Shown piece by piece: positions 29,941-39,734 of a stretch of 64,000 nucleotides of DNA. A program made the translations under genes and the position numbers. The notes beneath the pieces are model-generated. The model saw only the letters and a program-made list of their open reading frames with translations, did no database searches and had not been told where the DNA came from. The stretch spans positions 1 to 64,000 of the IMG/VR virus record IMGVR_UViG_3300035698_010479; one strand, 5' to 3'. The number at the start of each line of letters is the position of its first letter. The first letter of the stretch is position 1.

Positions 29941-31044
29941 ATGCAGATAGAAAAGTCAGTAGTTATGTCAAATATTGCAGGTATTGAAGATAGTTTAATA
30001 AGAATGCCTGCAATATTAAGAAAAGAATTACAAGTAAATTTAGGTAATATTATTCTTGTTAGGGGACTACCCTTGCAAGTTAATAAAATGTTTAGTCAAG
30101 AAGTTATGTCTAGTGTATGTAAAGCATATGTTTCTGAAAATGTGTTAAAAAAATTAGGTATTCCAACACATAATCTATCAGTTGAGCAACATATAACTAT
30201 GGGATGTGACCCAGAATTATTTTTAGTTGACTCCAAAACAAATAAATTATATAACCCCGGATTTTTGGTTAAAAAAACAGCTCCTGTTGGGTATGATGGT
30301 ATGCTAGCAGAACTTAGACCTAACCCAGATGTAGATCCAGATAAAGTAATAAAGAATTTATACCAGTTAATAATTAATTTAAAAAATGTACTAGTAAAAA
30401 ATAATCTACATCATGTAAGAATGATAGCTAGGTCTAGTGGGTGGAACTTATTTGCGGGATTCCATGTACATCTTGGCATACCTAAGAAACTACTCGATCC
30501 TGGTATGCCTAATTATATAAAAATACTTAGAGTAATATTAAAATCATTGGATTACTACGTGGGTACTCTTGCAGTATTAGCAGAAGGAGTTGATTTTACA
30601 AGAAGATGTAATCCACTAGTAGCTTATGGTAAAGTTGGTGATTTTAGAGTTGATAATAGAACTTTAGAGTATAGAGTACCTGGTGGTGCATTACTTAAAC
30701 ACCCAGATATAGCAAGGGGTTTAATAAGCGTAGCATCATTAGTAGCACACGATGTAATTGAAAGATTGCGTATATTTACAAATGATTTTGTTGGTGAAAT
30801 AGCCGATGAGAGTATCTTGGCGAAGGAAATATATCCAAATTTAATAGACACACAGAGTATGTTTCAATTAATATGTGCACCAGATGTCAGTAAAGCTTGG
30901 GAGGAAATAAATAACATAAACCAAGATCTAAGTTGCATGGTTAATTATGATTATTACAGTGAGGCATTGGAAAAGTTTTATAACTTACTACATTTAAAAA
31001 TAGCTGATGATATTTGGCTGAATTGGAGTAAAATAGATGTATAA
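29941..31044 (+). CDS. phiEco32-like COOH-NH2 ligase type 2 with N-terminal extension
   Basis: MGCDPELF, DG..AELRP, AGFHVHLG, RR...YGK.GDFR, LEYRVPG. Confidence 0.85.
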   Translation: MQIEKSVVMSNIAGIEDSLIRMPAILRKELQVNLGNIILVRGLPLQVNKMFSQEVMSSVCKAYVSENVLKKLGIPTHNLSVEQHITMGCDPELFLVDSKTNKLYNPGFLVKKTAPVGYDGMLAELRPNPDVDPDKVIKNLYQLIINLKNVLVKNNLHHVRMIARSSGWNLFAGFHVHLGIPKKLLDPGMPNYIKILRVILKSLDYYVGTLAVLAEGVDFTRRCNPLVAYGKVGDFRVDNRTLEYRVPGGALLKHPDIARGLISVASLVAHDVIERLRIFTNDFVGEIADESILAKEIYPNLIDTQSMFQLICAPDVSKAWEEINNINQDLSCMVNYDYYSEALEKFYNLLHLKIADDIWLNWSKIDV

Positions 31045-32644
31045 CGATAAATGGATTTTCTTTAGTAATTTACCCGGAAAGCCTTCTCTAACAAACGAAG
31101 AAGTTAAATATTGGTTAGGGAGTTTAAATAAAGTATTAAAAGTAGGAGTTGAGTTTGAGTTTAACTTACAGGATGCTAAGGGCTTCTGTAGAGGTGCAAG
31201 TGAGAGTTGTCCGTGTATTAAAATGGATGACGCGCATGATTGCTGGAAAGTATGTCTTAACGAACATGAATGTAAAAACGAATTTGGTAAAGATTTTCAA
31301 GCCAATTGTCATAAACAGTTTTGTAGTGGTTTTAGAAGTGCCTGCATATCGTGTAAAGATTTCAAAGTAAATTGTTTGAATTGTAAATATATGTACGATC
31401 CAAGTTATGACCCTGACTCTATAAGAAATTTTTTACGGAGTTCTTTAGATCCATCTAAAAGTTATGGTAACTTAAGCCGGTCAGGTGTACATAGTGTAAT
31501 ATGTGACGGTTCTTTGTTAGGAGAAGGTCAGGAAGGTAAGGGTGTTGAAATTATCACGGTAGGCAGGCGTGTAGATTATTGGGAATTTTATAATATGATA
31601 AGTAATATTATTTCTATGTCTATAGAAAAAGGTGCTTACGTAAACGAAAGATGTTCCACACACATACATGTTCTTGGAGGTTATTTCGAGGCACGTGAAA
31701 ATAATTCAAAATATAGTGATGTAAATGACCTGGAAAAGCCGTTACCACAAATAGTGTTAGCCAATTTCCACCAGTTATGTAGAAGGTACCAAAACGCTAT
31801 TACTTGGATGTCAATGGGTTTAGATAAACCTGACCGTTTAACTAGATGGGAAAAGTACAGAGTATCGTTACTAAATACTTCACCAGTATCCATGTCAATG
31901 CAAGATATTATACGTAGATTAGAGGAAATTTCATATAAACCAAGAGGTAAATATGCTTGGACTAACTACATGTATTCAAAATTTGACAAAAATAACGATA
32001 TAACCAGGTTGCATGTAGAATTACGTGCATTAGATGGTATGATGTCTACAAGCGTTGTAACAGCAATGTGCTGCCTGTACCAAGCAATGATGATGAAAGC
32101 AGTAGAGATATCAAAATACGGTTTATTAGAGCTAGGTTCAAAAGAATGGTTTGAACAGACGCTTGATGTTAAGAACAACATGATGAATAACTGCCCTCAA
32201 GGTTGGTCAGAAAACAGATTTTCAGATACCTCTAATTTGAGAGAGGAACAAAAAGATATTTTACGTATGGAGTCTCTTGATCTTCTCAACCAATTGAAGC
32301 ATTTGTTAATGAGAACTGGCCCTTCTTTTGAAGTACTTGAGAAACTGGCACAAAAACCTGTAGCTTTCTTTAGATGTGATGGGGACTCTTGGGAAACCAT
32401 TGAAGAATATTTTGCTGTATTCAGAGCTAGTGAAACTATTCTAGATCAAAAACTTGACGAAATAATTGATTTTAGGACAGTGTCTGGGTGTGTGAATGAA
32501 TTAGCTTGGTTAGATCAAGTTAGTGGTATGTTAGTTAAAGAAGGTATAGCTACATCTGAGCAAGTACTAAATACAATAGCTATTCATAAACGAAATGGTC
32601 TGTGTATATGGTCTGATAACCTCGGTACCTTATTAAAAGTATAA
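31037..32644 (+). CDS. putative amidoligase (COOH-NH2 ligase type 1) with Cys-rich insertion
   Basis: VGVEFEF, DGSL, VEIIT, CSTHIHV, KY...N, VELR. Confidence 0.75.
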   Translation: MYNDKWIFFSNLPGKPSLTNEEVKYWLGSLNKVLKVGVEFEFNLQDAKGFCRGASESCPCIKMDDAHDCWKVCLNEHECKNEFGKDFQANCHKQFCSGFRSACISCKDFKVNCLNCKYMYDPSYDPDSIRNFLRSSLDPSKSYGNLSRSGVHSVICDGSLLGEGQEGKGVEIITVGRRVDYWEFYNMISNIISMSIEKGAYVNERCSTHIHVLGGYFEARENNSKYSDVNDLEKPLPQIVLANFHQLCRRYQNAITWMSMGLDKPDRLTRWEKYRVSLLNTSPVSMSMQDIIRRLEEISYKPRGKYAWTNYMYSKFDKNNDITRLHVELRALDGMMSTSVVTAMCCLYQAMMMKAVEISKYGLLELGSKEWFEQTLDVKNNMMNNCPQGWSENRFSDTSNLREEQKDILRMESLDLLNQLKHLLMRTGPSFEVLEKLAQKPVAFFRCDGDSWETIEEYFAVFRASETILDQKLDEIIDFRTVSGCVNELAWLDQVSGMLVKEGIATSEQVLNTIAIHKRNGLCIWSDNLGTLLKV

Positions 32645-32694
32645 TTTAAACTAAGCAGCTATATCTTATGGCTGCTTAGTTAAAAAGAGGATAT

Positions 32695-33426
32695 ATGAGT
32701 GATATTTTTGGTTTTACTTTATTAAAAAATAATAGAATGAGTAAGGAAAGTATTATTACTCTTACAGCTCTTTTAATCAAGAGCCAGTTTGGTCCTATTG
32801 AAGAAATCAACTTGGCGGTAGCTACAGATAGTGCAATTCACATTATACGTACAGATATGTCGGTAAATAATTTCACAGTATCAAAAGAGTTCTTTAATTT
32901 CTTTGAAAATGTTACAAAAGATCAGAAAATCTTCTCATTGATAGGTAGTTTTAAAAATACTAAAAATGCTGAAGAATATAATACATCGGAAGAAAGGGCC
33001 TTAGCTGTTTATGGAGAAGCTGTGTGTGTTCAAAAGGAGTGCGAATTTACAGATGTACAATTTGGTGGTGATGTTGTTGCTGAAGTGTTGGATAGGTATG
33101 AATATGCAGCTGATATTACATCACGTATAAAAACTGCAGCTAAGGATGTACGGCTATACGCTGGAATACATGCAGCCTACCCATCTACCCTGTTATTAGC
33201 AAAACATACAGCAGACCCTTTACGTATTTGTATGTTTGCTACATACGGTGTGCTTATTTTTTCTTCTATTATAACAAGTATTGATAAAGTAACAACTCAG
33301 TTATTACTTGGAAAAAAAGAAGATGTTGATATATTCTCACACCAAGCTTTTCTGCTCTGTATGGATAGTAATAAATACAAGGTAGTTAACTCTTATCCTG
33401 GAAATGTAAATTATGCAATTAAATGA
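32695..33426 (+). CDS. possible degenerate class II (Ntn) glutamine amidotransferase-like protein
   Basis: MSDIFGF resembles MCGIFG without the Cys; LLLAK...PL...LIFSS resembles the Ntn-GAT C-terminal strands. Confidence 0.4.
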   Translation: MSDIFGFTLLKNNRMSKESIITLTALLIKSQFGPIEEINLAVATDSAIHIIRTDMSVNNFTVSKEFFNFFENVTKDQKIFSLIGSFKNTKNAEEYNTSEERALAVYGEAVCVQKECEFTDVQFGGDVVAEVLDRYEYAADITSRIKTAAKDVRLYAGIHAAYPSTLLLAKHTADPLRICMFATYGVLIFSSIITSIDKVTTQLLLGKKEDVDIFSHQAFLLCMDSNKYKVVNSYPGNVNYAIK

Positions 33427-34975
33427 AAAGTTTTTACTTGGTTATGGTAAAATAAATGGAATAGCTTGTAATGGTATAAATATATCAAAGCTACAGCCCA
33501 TTATATACACAGAATTACCTGGTGCTGGCACATGTTATACGATGACCCAGTTTGGTCTGCCTTATTTAAGGAGGCCTTGGGAGCTTGGTCAAGAAAGAAT
33601 GTCTAATATAGTACAAGGTGATATCGCTAGACATAAAGTTATATCAAACAAAGAAATTTCTTTTATGTTAGATTTTACTGACACAAAGAAATTAAACATG
33701 GACTTCTTGTTGTCTATGGCCGAGGGTAGCAAAAGATGTACTTTTATAATGACTGGTACACGTTTCCAAAACATAGTTAATAGTCTGTCAAAATTACATA
33801 ATACCTACAAAGTTTTTTCCAAAACTTATGAATATTATGAAGAAAATTCTAAAATGGATAATAACTATATATTTATGTTATCTATTTATGATTTGTCTAC
33901 AATAGTTGCTAATTTAAAGAATAAGCAACTGACAGGTTTTGGTTTAGCTGTAGAGGTGTTGAATAAATATAATACATCAAGATATAAAGTGCCAATGTTA
34001 AGTTATGCACAATATATGATTTATACAAATAACTATGATGACGTATACTACAGAGATTGTGTAGAGATTATACGTTTTTCAAGTATCAACTACGGTAGCC
34101 TTTCAGAAAATGTTAATAGCTTTAAAGCTCGTCAAATAGATGAAGAATTTATAGGTGATATATGTGTAAAAAAAGATATTGTTAAAAAAGGTGAACCACT
34201 TAAAAGTGCACGAAGACCAGTAGGACCTACTGTACCCAAAATAGTATTAAAATACGCTAATAACGACAATGATGGTGTGCCAAAACCAGTTTATGACAAT
34301 ATGCCACAAATGGATTATGATTTAGTATATGATGATTTAGAAAAATACGCTGCAGAGGTAAAAATTGCTATAAAACCTGCAGGCAATCCACTTACTGGAA
34401 AACCATTTGATAATCCATTTGAAGTAAAAGCAGCGCAGTTTGACGTTGTACCTATGGAACCTTTAATGGAACAAGAAAAACCATTACGTTTTAAGACAAA
34501 TAAACAAAAATTAGGCAAAAATGCTGTTGGAAAATCTTATGAAGAATTTGTAAAAGAAAAAAGAGACTATACAAATTCAAAGAAAATCCCAATGCCGATG
34601 CCAGTGTCTACACCGATTCCTATTGATGTATCTAATATAGACTTTGTAGATATAGAAACAAAAGTAGATGATTGGTGGGGTGAAGGACCAGTAACAGAAA
34701 AAGTAGAAAATGATTTGGAAATAGCTGCTTCGCTTGAGAGTGATGGTGGTGCACAAAAAAGTGTAAGTCTTAGAGAAATGGCAAAAAAATCCAAAATGGA
34801 CGTGTACTCCAAAATGTATGGTAAAACACAGCCTAAATATCAAGGAAGACCTACTGCAAAAAAAACGTTGGTAGATCTAGACTCAAGTGATTATGAAAAA
34901 TATGAGTCTATTGCTAGAGAGGACGTTATGCAAGAGCTAAGAAAAATACAAACAGTAACTAAAAAGAAGCGTTAG
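33413..34975 (+). CDS. hypothetical protein with low-complexity C-terminal half
   Basis: 520-aa ORF; Pro/Lys/Asp-rich tail. Confidence 0.65.
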   Translation: MQLNEKFLLGYGKINGIACNGINISKLQPIIYTELPGAGTCYTMTQFGLPYLRRPWELGQERMSNIVQGDIARHKVISNKEISFMLDFTDTKKLNMDFLLSMAEGSKRCTFIMTGTRFQNIVNSLSKLHNTYKVFSKTYEYYEENSKMDNNYIFMLSIYDLSTIVANLKNKQLTGFGLAVEVLNKYNTSRYKVPMLSYAQYMIYTNNYDDVYYRDCVEIIRFSSINYGSLSENVNSFKARQIDEEFIGDICVKKDIVKKGEPLKSARRPVGPTVPKIVLKYANNDNDGVPKPVYDNMPQMDYDLVYDDLEKYAAEVKIAIKPAGNPLTGKPFDNPFEVKAAQFDVVPMEPLMEQEKPLRFKTNKQKLGKNAVGKSYEEFVKEKRDYTNSKKIPMPMPVSTPIPIDVSNIDFVDIETKVDDWWGEGPVTEKVENDLEIAASLESDGGAQKSVSLREMAKKSKMDVYSKMYGKTQPKYQGRPTAKKTLVDLDSSDYEKYESIAREDVMQELRKIQTVTKKKR

Positions 34976-35154
34976 ATAGTTCTGTGTATAAAACTATGCG
35001 CGTTGGTGGGAAATTAGTACATCTTTCAACTATTCAACTATTTCTACTGACTCTTCTACATCCCTTAGCTATCACGATTCAATGAAATTTGCAAAATTTA
35101 TTAGTTAAATAAGTAAACATATGTTTGCTAACAACAACGAGAGGAATTCTAAAT

Positions 35155-36852
35155 ATGTGTGGTATTATAGGTGTTTTAGCTTTAGGTGAAGCAAAAGATG
35201 ATTTGAGGACTGGTGTTATGAAGTTCTTGTTCACTGAGCTACTCCAGTTAACTGAAGAACGTGGTAAAGATGCTACAGGCGTATCTGCATTATTCGAAGA
35301 TGGAATGTCTTATATCCAAAAAGGTCCAATCACAGCAACTGAATTTATTGGTAATTTGGGTGATGATGAAACGACATATAATAATTTTTTGAGTAATTGC
35401 ACAGACTATCGTAATGTTAACGAGACTGAATTAAAATTATTTATGGGGCATTGTAGAAAAAGTTCAGTTGGTGGTGCTTTTGATAATGTTAACAATCATC
35501 CAATTAAAGTAAATGAGATCGTTGGTGTACATAATGGTACGCTTGAAAATCACAATAAAATATTTAGTAACTTAGGTTGCAAACGTGATGGAGTTGTTGA
35601 TACTGAGGCCATCATGCGCTTGTTAAATCATTATACTGGTGATTGTACAGAACCCTTTACAATGGAAGGTATTGAAGAAGCAGCCAGAAGATTAGAAGGT
35701 GCTTATAGTGTATTAGCTTATAATGCCAATAATCCTTTCCAAGTATGTGTGATGAGAAAAGAAAGACCTTTTGAGATGGCTCTAATACGCGATTTAGGTA
35801 TTATGCTAATTTGCTCAGATAAATCTTTCTTTCTAAAAGCTCTTTACCAGTATAATAAATTTGCTTATTTGTTTAATAACGATTTTGAACCAATCGACAC
35901 AACTGAAGTTGAGGTGTTTACATTGCCGTTGGATCATGTTGGTTTTGTAGATCTTGCAATTGACATAACGGAAGACACAACTATTGCAGATCTACTCACG
36001 TCGAAAGATATTTTTAAAACACCTAAACTGTGGAAAACTCCAGCCAAAACATATGGTAATACTACATATTACGGAAGAGCTGGTAGTAATGCTGGTAAAA
36101 AAAACGACACAACAAGCGCAACAAAGCCAGCAGATACACCAAAAACAGAAGAAGTTAATAAAGAAAACTTCAAAGGTAAAGTATTTTGTAAACGCCTTAA
36201 TGCATATGTTAACCAAGAAAAAATAGATGAATCTAAAGCACAAGGACCTAAAGTAGTTAGCATTAACGGTGGGAAAGTGCAAGATTTAAAACAAGAAGAA
36301 CTATCTGATTTTGTAGAAGTTAAAGATATGAAATTAGATGTTAATAAAACACCGGTGCCTATCATTATGAAAGAAGTAAAAACAGTTGATGAAACTTTGG
36401 CAGAAGCTATGAAAGCAGCTACAGAACATGAAAATTTTAGTACAAGATTTAGTAACAGTAATGAAGTTGCTGATGCCCTTGAGATAAAATCTGTTGATAC
36501 TTTAGACAGTATCCCAGCATTTGCACTTGTAAACAAAGCCAAGGATGTTATATATAAAGAAGCTTTTGTAGATGGTGCTATGTGGTATAAACAAAAAGAA
36601 GTAAATAAACCGGATGAAAAATCATCTGATTCGACGGCTGCCGTTAGAATAGCCAAGCACGTAGTAGGTATATTTGGAACAGTAATCGACCAGTTAGCCG
36701 ATGGAAGAACAGAAGATTATGCTTCTAAAATTCTTGCTGAACTTAAAAAGCGAGACGTTACTGAACTGACTTTAGAAAACGTCAGACGAGTATTTTCAAA
36801 AGGTAATAAGCTATCTTGTAAAGCCCTAACTGCCTTGGAGGATGTAATATAA
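35155..36852 (+). CDS. class II (Ntn) glutamine amidotransferase with long C-terminal extension
   Basis: MCGIIG at ATG 35155 (GAGG upstream), RGKDATG, GHCR, NNHP, VHNGTLEN, VDTE, LEGAYS. Confidence 0.9.
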   Translation: MCGIIGVLALGEAKDDLRTGVMKFLFTELLQLTEERGKDATGVSALFEDGMSYIQKGPITATEFIGNLGDDETTYNNFLSNCTDYRNVNETELKLFMGHCRKSSVGGAFDNVNNHPIKVNEIVGVHNGTLENHNKIFSNLGCKRDGVVDTEAIMRLLNHYTGDCTEPFTMEGIEEAARRLEGAYSVLAYNANNPFQVCVMRKERPFEMALIRDLGIMLICSDKSFFLKALYQYNKFAYLFNNDFEPIDTTEVEVFTLPLDHVGFVDLAIDITEDTTIADLLTSKDIFKTPKLWKTPAKTYGNTTYYGRAGSNAGKKNDTTSATKPADTPKTEEVNKENFKGKVFCKRLNAYVNQEKIDESKAQGPKVVSINGGKVQDLKQEELSDFVEVKDMKLDVNKTPVPIIMKEVKTVDETLAEAMKAATEHENFSTRFSNSNEVADALEIKSVDTLDSIPAFALVNKAKDVIYKEAFVDGAMWYKQKEVNKPDEKSSDSTAAVRIAKHVVGIFGTVIDQLADGRTEDYASKILAELKKRDVTELTLENVRRVFSKGNKLSCKALTALEDVI

Positions 36853-36858
36853 GTTTAT

Positions 36859-38187
36859 ATGCTTAAACCACTAATCATTATACCGTCCGAATCTATGGAT
36901 GGTAATAAAAAACCAGACAGGGATGAAGATGTCTTGTTGAGGATGGCTAAAAGTACAAGGACAAGTGTAGCACTAGATGACAATAGTGTTACACTTACTG
37001 GTACACTTAGTAATAAAAAACTCAACGTATATAAAGCATTTTCTAAAGATTTAATAAAAATACGTGAGTTAGTTTTAAACGACGAGATACAATTTGAAGA
37101 TTCTTCAAGAGTGGCTTTTGTATCTTCTAGGACATATAAAGAATTGGGTGGATTAGGTGATTTCCTTGATCTAAGTAAAATTAAAGCCCCAAAAGTAGAA
37201 CAAAAGAAGGTAGTAAAAGAAGTTATAGATAAGTTACTAATAGGTACAGACCCAGAATTACTACTAATGTTGCAAGGTAAGGTGGTAAATGCTGCTGGAG
37301 TACCAGGATTTAGCAAACAATCAAAGTTTGGGTCTGATGGTGCAATGGCTGAAATGAGACCTGACCCAGCTTTTACTGCAGAAGGCCTTGTTAAAAATCT
37401 ACAAGATATATTACATGATGACGATTTACAAGAAAGAATAGCTTATTATGATTTAGTAAGCTCTTGTTATCATGAAGAAAAAGAAAGAGACTATCCTGTA
37501 GGAACACATATACATATTGATAACCCCACTAAGATTGCAAAATTACCAACAGAACAAAGATACCGTTTATTTGCTGTGACTAATAAAATAATGGATGAGT
37601 TATTAACAATACCTGCAATACGTTTAGATGGCCAAAAAGGTCATAATAGGCGTGCAAAATGTCGTATGAGTACCCATAATGGTTACGGTAACACATATGG
37701 TAAAGGTTATGGATTCTTCGGTGAATGGAGAGAATGTCATGGTAGGTTAGAACACAGAAGTTTATCTGGGTTAGTTTTGATGAACCCTGAAATAGCTACA
37801 GCGGTATTTGGTACGGCGCAGGCTATTGCCGAGGCTGCTTATAACGAAGCTATTCAAAATGGATTAAATAAAGAATTTATTTTACCTAAGGATTTCGATC
37901 ATAAGAGCATATACACAGCTACATTCAAACAATGGGGGGATATACCACTTGCAGAATCTTTAAATTGTACACTGACATCAAAAGAAATGGCTGCTTTGAT
38001 GGATTCTAGTGATAGATCAGTAGTATCCACAGGTTTCATTAAAAAATGGTTAACTAAAATTAGAAAATTAACTACTTATGGTAAGTTTTCTGAACATATC
38101 GAAGCACTTGGAGATATTTTATCTTCAACTGACAAAGTATTAGATAGCTTTGATACAAATATTAAAAATACATGGAAGGATAAATAA
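36859..38187 (+). CDS. phiEco32-like COOH-NH2 ligase type 2, third copy, with N-terminal extension
   Basis: IGTDPELL, GSDG..AEMRP, VGTHIHI, RR...YG..GEWR, LEHRSL. Confidence 0.82.
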   Translation: MLKPLIIIPSESMDGNKKPDRDEDVLLRMAKSTRTSVALDDNSVTLTGTLSNKKLNVYKAFSKDLIKIRELVLNDEIQFEDSSRVAFVSSRTYKELGGLGDFLDLSKIKAPKVEQKKVVKEVIDKLLIGTDPELLLMLQGKVVNAAGVPGFSKQSKFGSDGAMAEMRPDPAFTAEGLVKNLQDILHDDDLQERIAYYDLVSSCYHEEKERDYPVGTHIHIDNPTKIAKLPTEQRYRLFAVTNKIMDELLTIPAIRLDGQKGHNRRAKCRMSTHNGYGNTYGKGYGFFGEWRECHGRLEHRSLSGLVLMNPEIATAVFGTAQAIAEAAYNEAIQNGLNKEFILPKDFDHKSIYTATFKQWGDIPLAESLNCTLTSKEMAALMDSSDRSVVSTGFIKKWLTKIRKLTTYGKFSEHIEALGDILSSTDKVLDSFDTNIKNTWKDK

Positions 38188-38190
38188 CAA

Positions 38191-39282
38191 ATGCAAGATA
38201 CATATATATGGTACTCACCGGCAACTGACGTAACTGGTAAAAAACTTCAAGCGGAGTTGAATGCTTCTGGTGGTACAGCTAAGCCACCAGCTAATAAAAC
38301 TAATGTAATCTGCTGGGGTACAAAAACTGATGCTGATATCGTGATTAACAATAATAAAGTATATAATCACCCAAACAAAATTAGGACGAATAGAAACAAA
38401 GTAAATGCTCTGGCAGTATTAGCAAAAGGTGGTGTTAATGTTGCTACATTTACAGAAAATTTCAAATTGGCCGGTAATAAAGATTTTGCATTCCCCCTCG
38501 TAGCTCGTACTAAATTTCATCAAGGAGGCGCTGGATTTTGGTTGTGCTTAACAGCAGGTATGGTAGCACAAGCAGTAAAAGATGGTGCACAGTACATTCA
38601 AACATTCATTGATATCAAAGATGAATATCGACTTCATGTAGTCGATGGTAAAGTTATCTACGGAGTACGTAAAGTACAAAGAGATAATCATGCTGAGGCT
38701 TTTGTAGAACATTATAATGAACATATTCAAGATAAAGCCGTAAAAGGCAATGTAAATCTTGATAAGGTTACAGTTGACTTTGTACTTGGTAAACTTGCAC
38801 GTAAGCTTGCTACAGGCCCAGATATGGTGATTAGATCTAATACTCGCGGCTGGAAATTTAGTAAAGTAGCTAATGAAAATTTGGACAAAGGCCTTGTAGC
38901 AGAAGCAGTAAAAGCAGTAAAAGCTCTTGGTTTGGATTATGCGGCAGTTGATTGTTGCGTAGATAGTACAGGTAAGGCATTTGTTATTGAATGTAATACT
39001 GGACCAGGTCTCGACGGTACTTCGTTTGAGGCATGGTCTTCTGCACTCAAAACACTGGTAGCACCGCCTAAAGTTGTCAAAAAGGCAGCACCGGTTGAAC
39101 AAGCAGCACCTGCACCCGCATTTGCAAAAGCCAATGTTGGCATCGCTGCAGCTAAGCTTGGGGGTATTAATGCTAAACAACGTCTAAAAGAAAGAGCTGC
39201 TTTTTTAGCTCAGTTAGCAGAAGTAGCAGACGATGATGACGCCGAGTTGTTGGAAAAATTGTTGAAAAAAGCTAATATGTAA
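38191..39282 (+). CDS. ATP-grasp ligase (RimK/YheCD-like)
   Basis: NKVNAL, FPLVAR..HQGGAG, EYRLHV, IRSNTRGW, LGLDYAAVD, IECNTGPG. Confidence 0.88.
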   Translation: MQDTYIWYSPATDVTGKKLQAELNASGGTAKPPANKTNVICWGTKTDADIVINNNKVYNHPNKIRTNRNKVNALAVLAKGGVNVATFTENFKLAGNKDFAFPLVARTKFHQGGAGFWLCLTAGMVAQAVKDGAQYIQTFIDIKDEYRLHVVDGKVIYGVRKVQRDNHAEAFVEHYNEHIQDKAVKGNVNLDKVTVDFVLGKLARKLATGPDMVIRSNTRGWKFSKVANENLDKGLVAEAVKAVKALGLDYAAVDCCVDSTGKAFVIECNTGPGLDGTSFEAWSSALKTLVAPPKVVKKAAPVEQAAPAPAFAKANVGIAAAKLGGINAKQRLKERAAFLAQLAEVADDDDAELLEKLLKKANM

Positions 39283-39287
39283 TAAAG

Positions 39288-39734
39288 GTGCTTAGTATGG
39301 ATAAATTTAAATTTATTATAGACGAACAATATTTAGCTGAACAAATTGCTGGGCTTTTAAATAGCTATAACAAATTAAATACTGTTCATACTAAGCATAC
39401 AATATTAGCCAGTGAAGTTGTATACGTCATAAAACAAAAATATACGTCTGGTAAAGCACTTGTCGTAGGTTGCATAGGTATTCATATGAAAGATGAGCAA
39501 CTAACAACCTTACGGCATTTATGTGTCAACTATGAGTATAGACGTTTAGGAATAGGTTTAGAGTTGCTTAATGATACTTTGAAATATGTTACTACAAAAT
39601 ATGTACAAATGCATATAAGGCATGATAATTTGCCTAGTATAAACTTAGCTAGCAAAGCTGGATTTTTTGTTGACTCTTACGATATTAAAAAAGAATATTA
39701 TTTATTAACAGTTAAAAAGGAAGCACATGCTTAA
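39288..39734 (+). CDS. GNAT family acetyltransferase
   Basis: HLCVNYEYRRLGIGLEL; N.PS..L..KAGF. Confidence 0.85.
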   Translation: MLSMDKFKFIIDEQYLAEQIAGLLNSYNKLNTVHTKHTILASEVVYVIKQKYTSGKALVVGCIGIHMKDEQLTTLRHLCVNYEYRRLGIGLELLNDTLKYVTTKYVQMHIRHDNLPSINLASKAGFFVDSYDIKKEYYLLTVKKEAHA

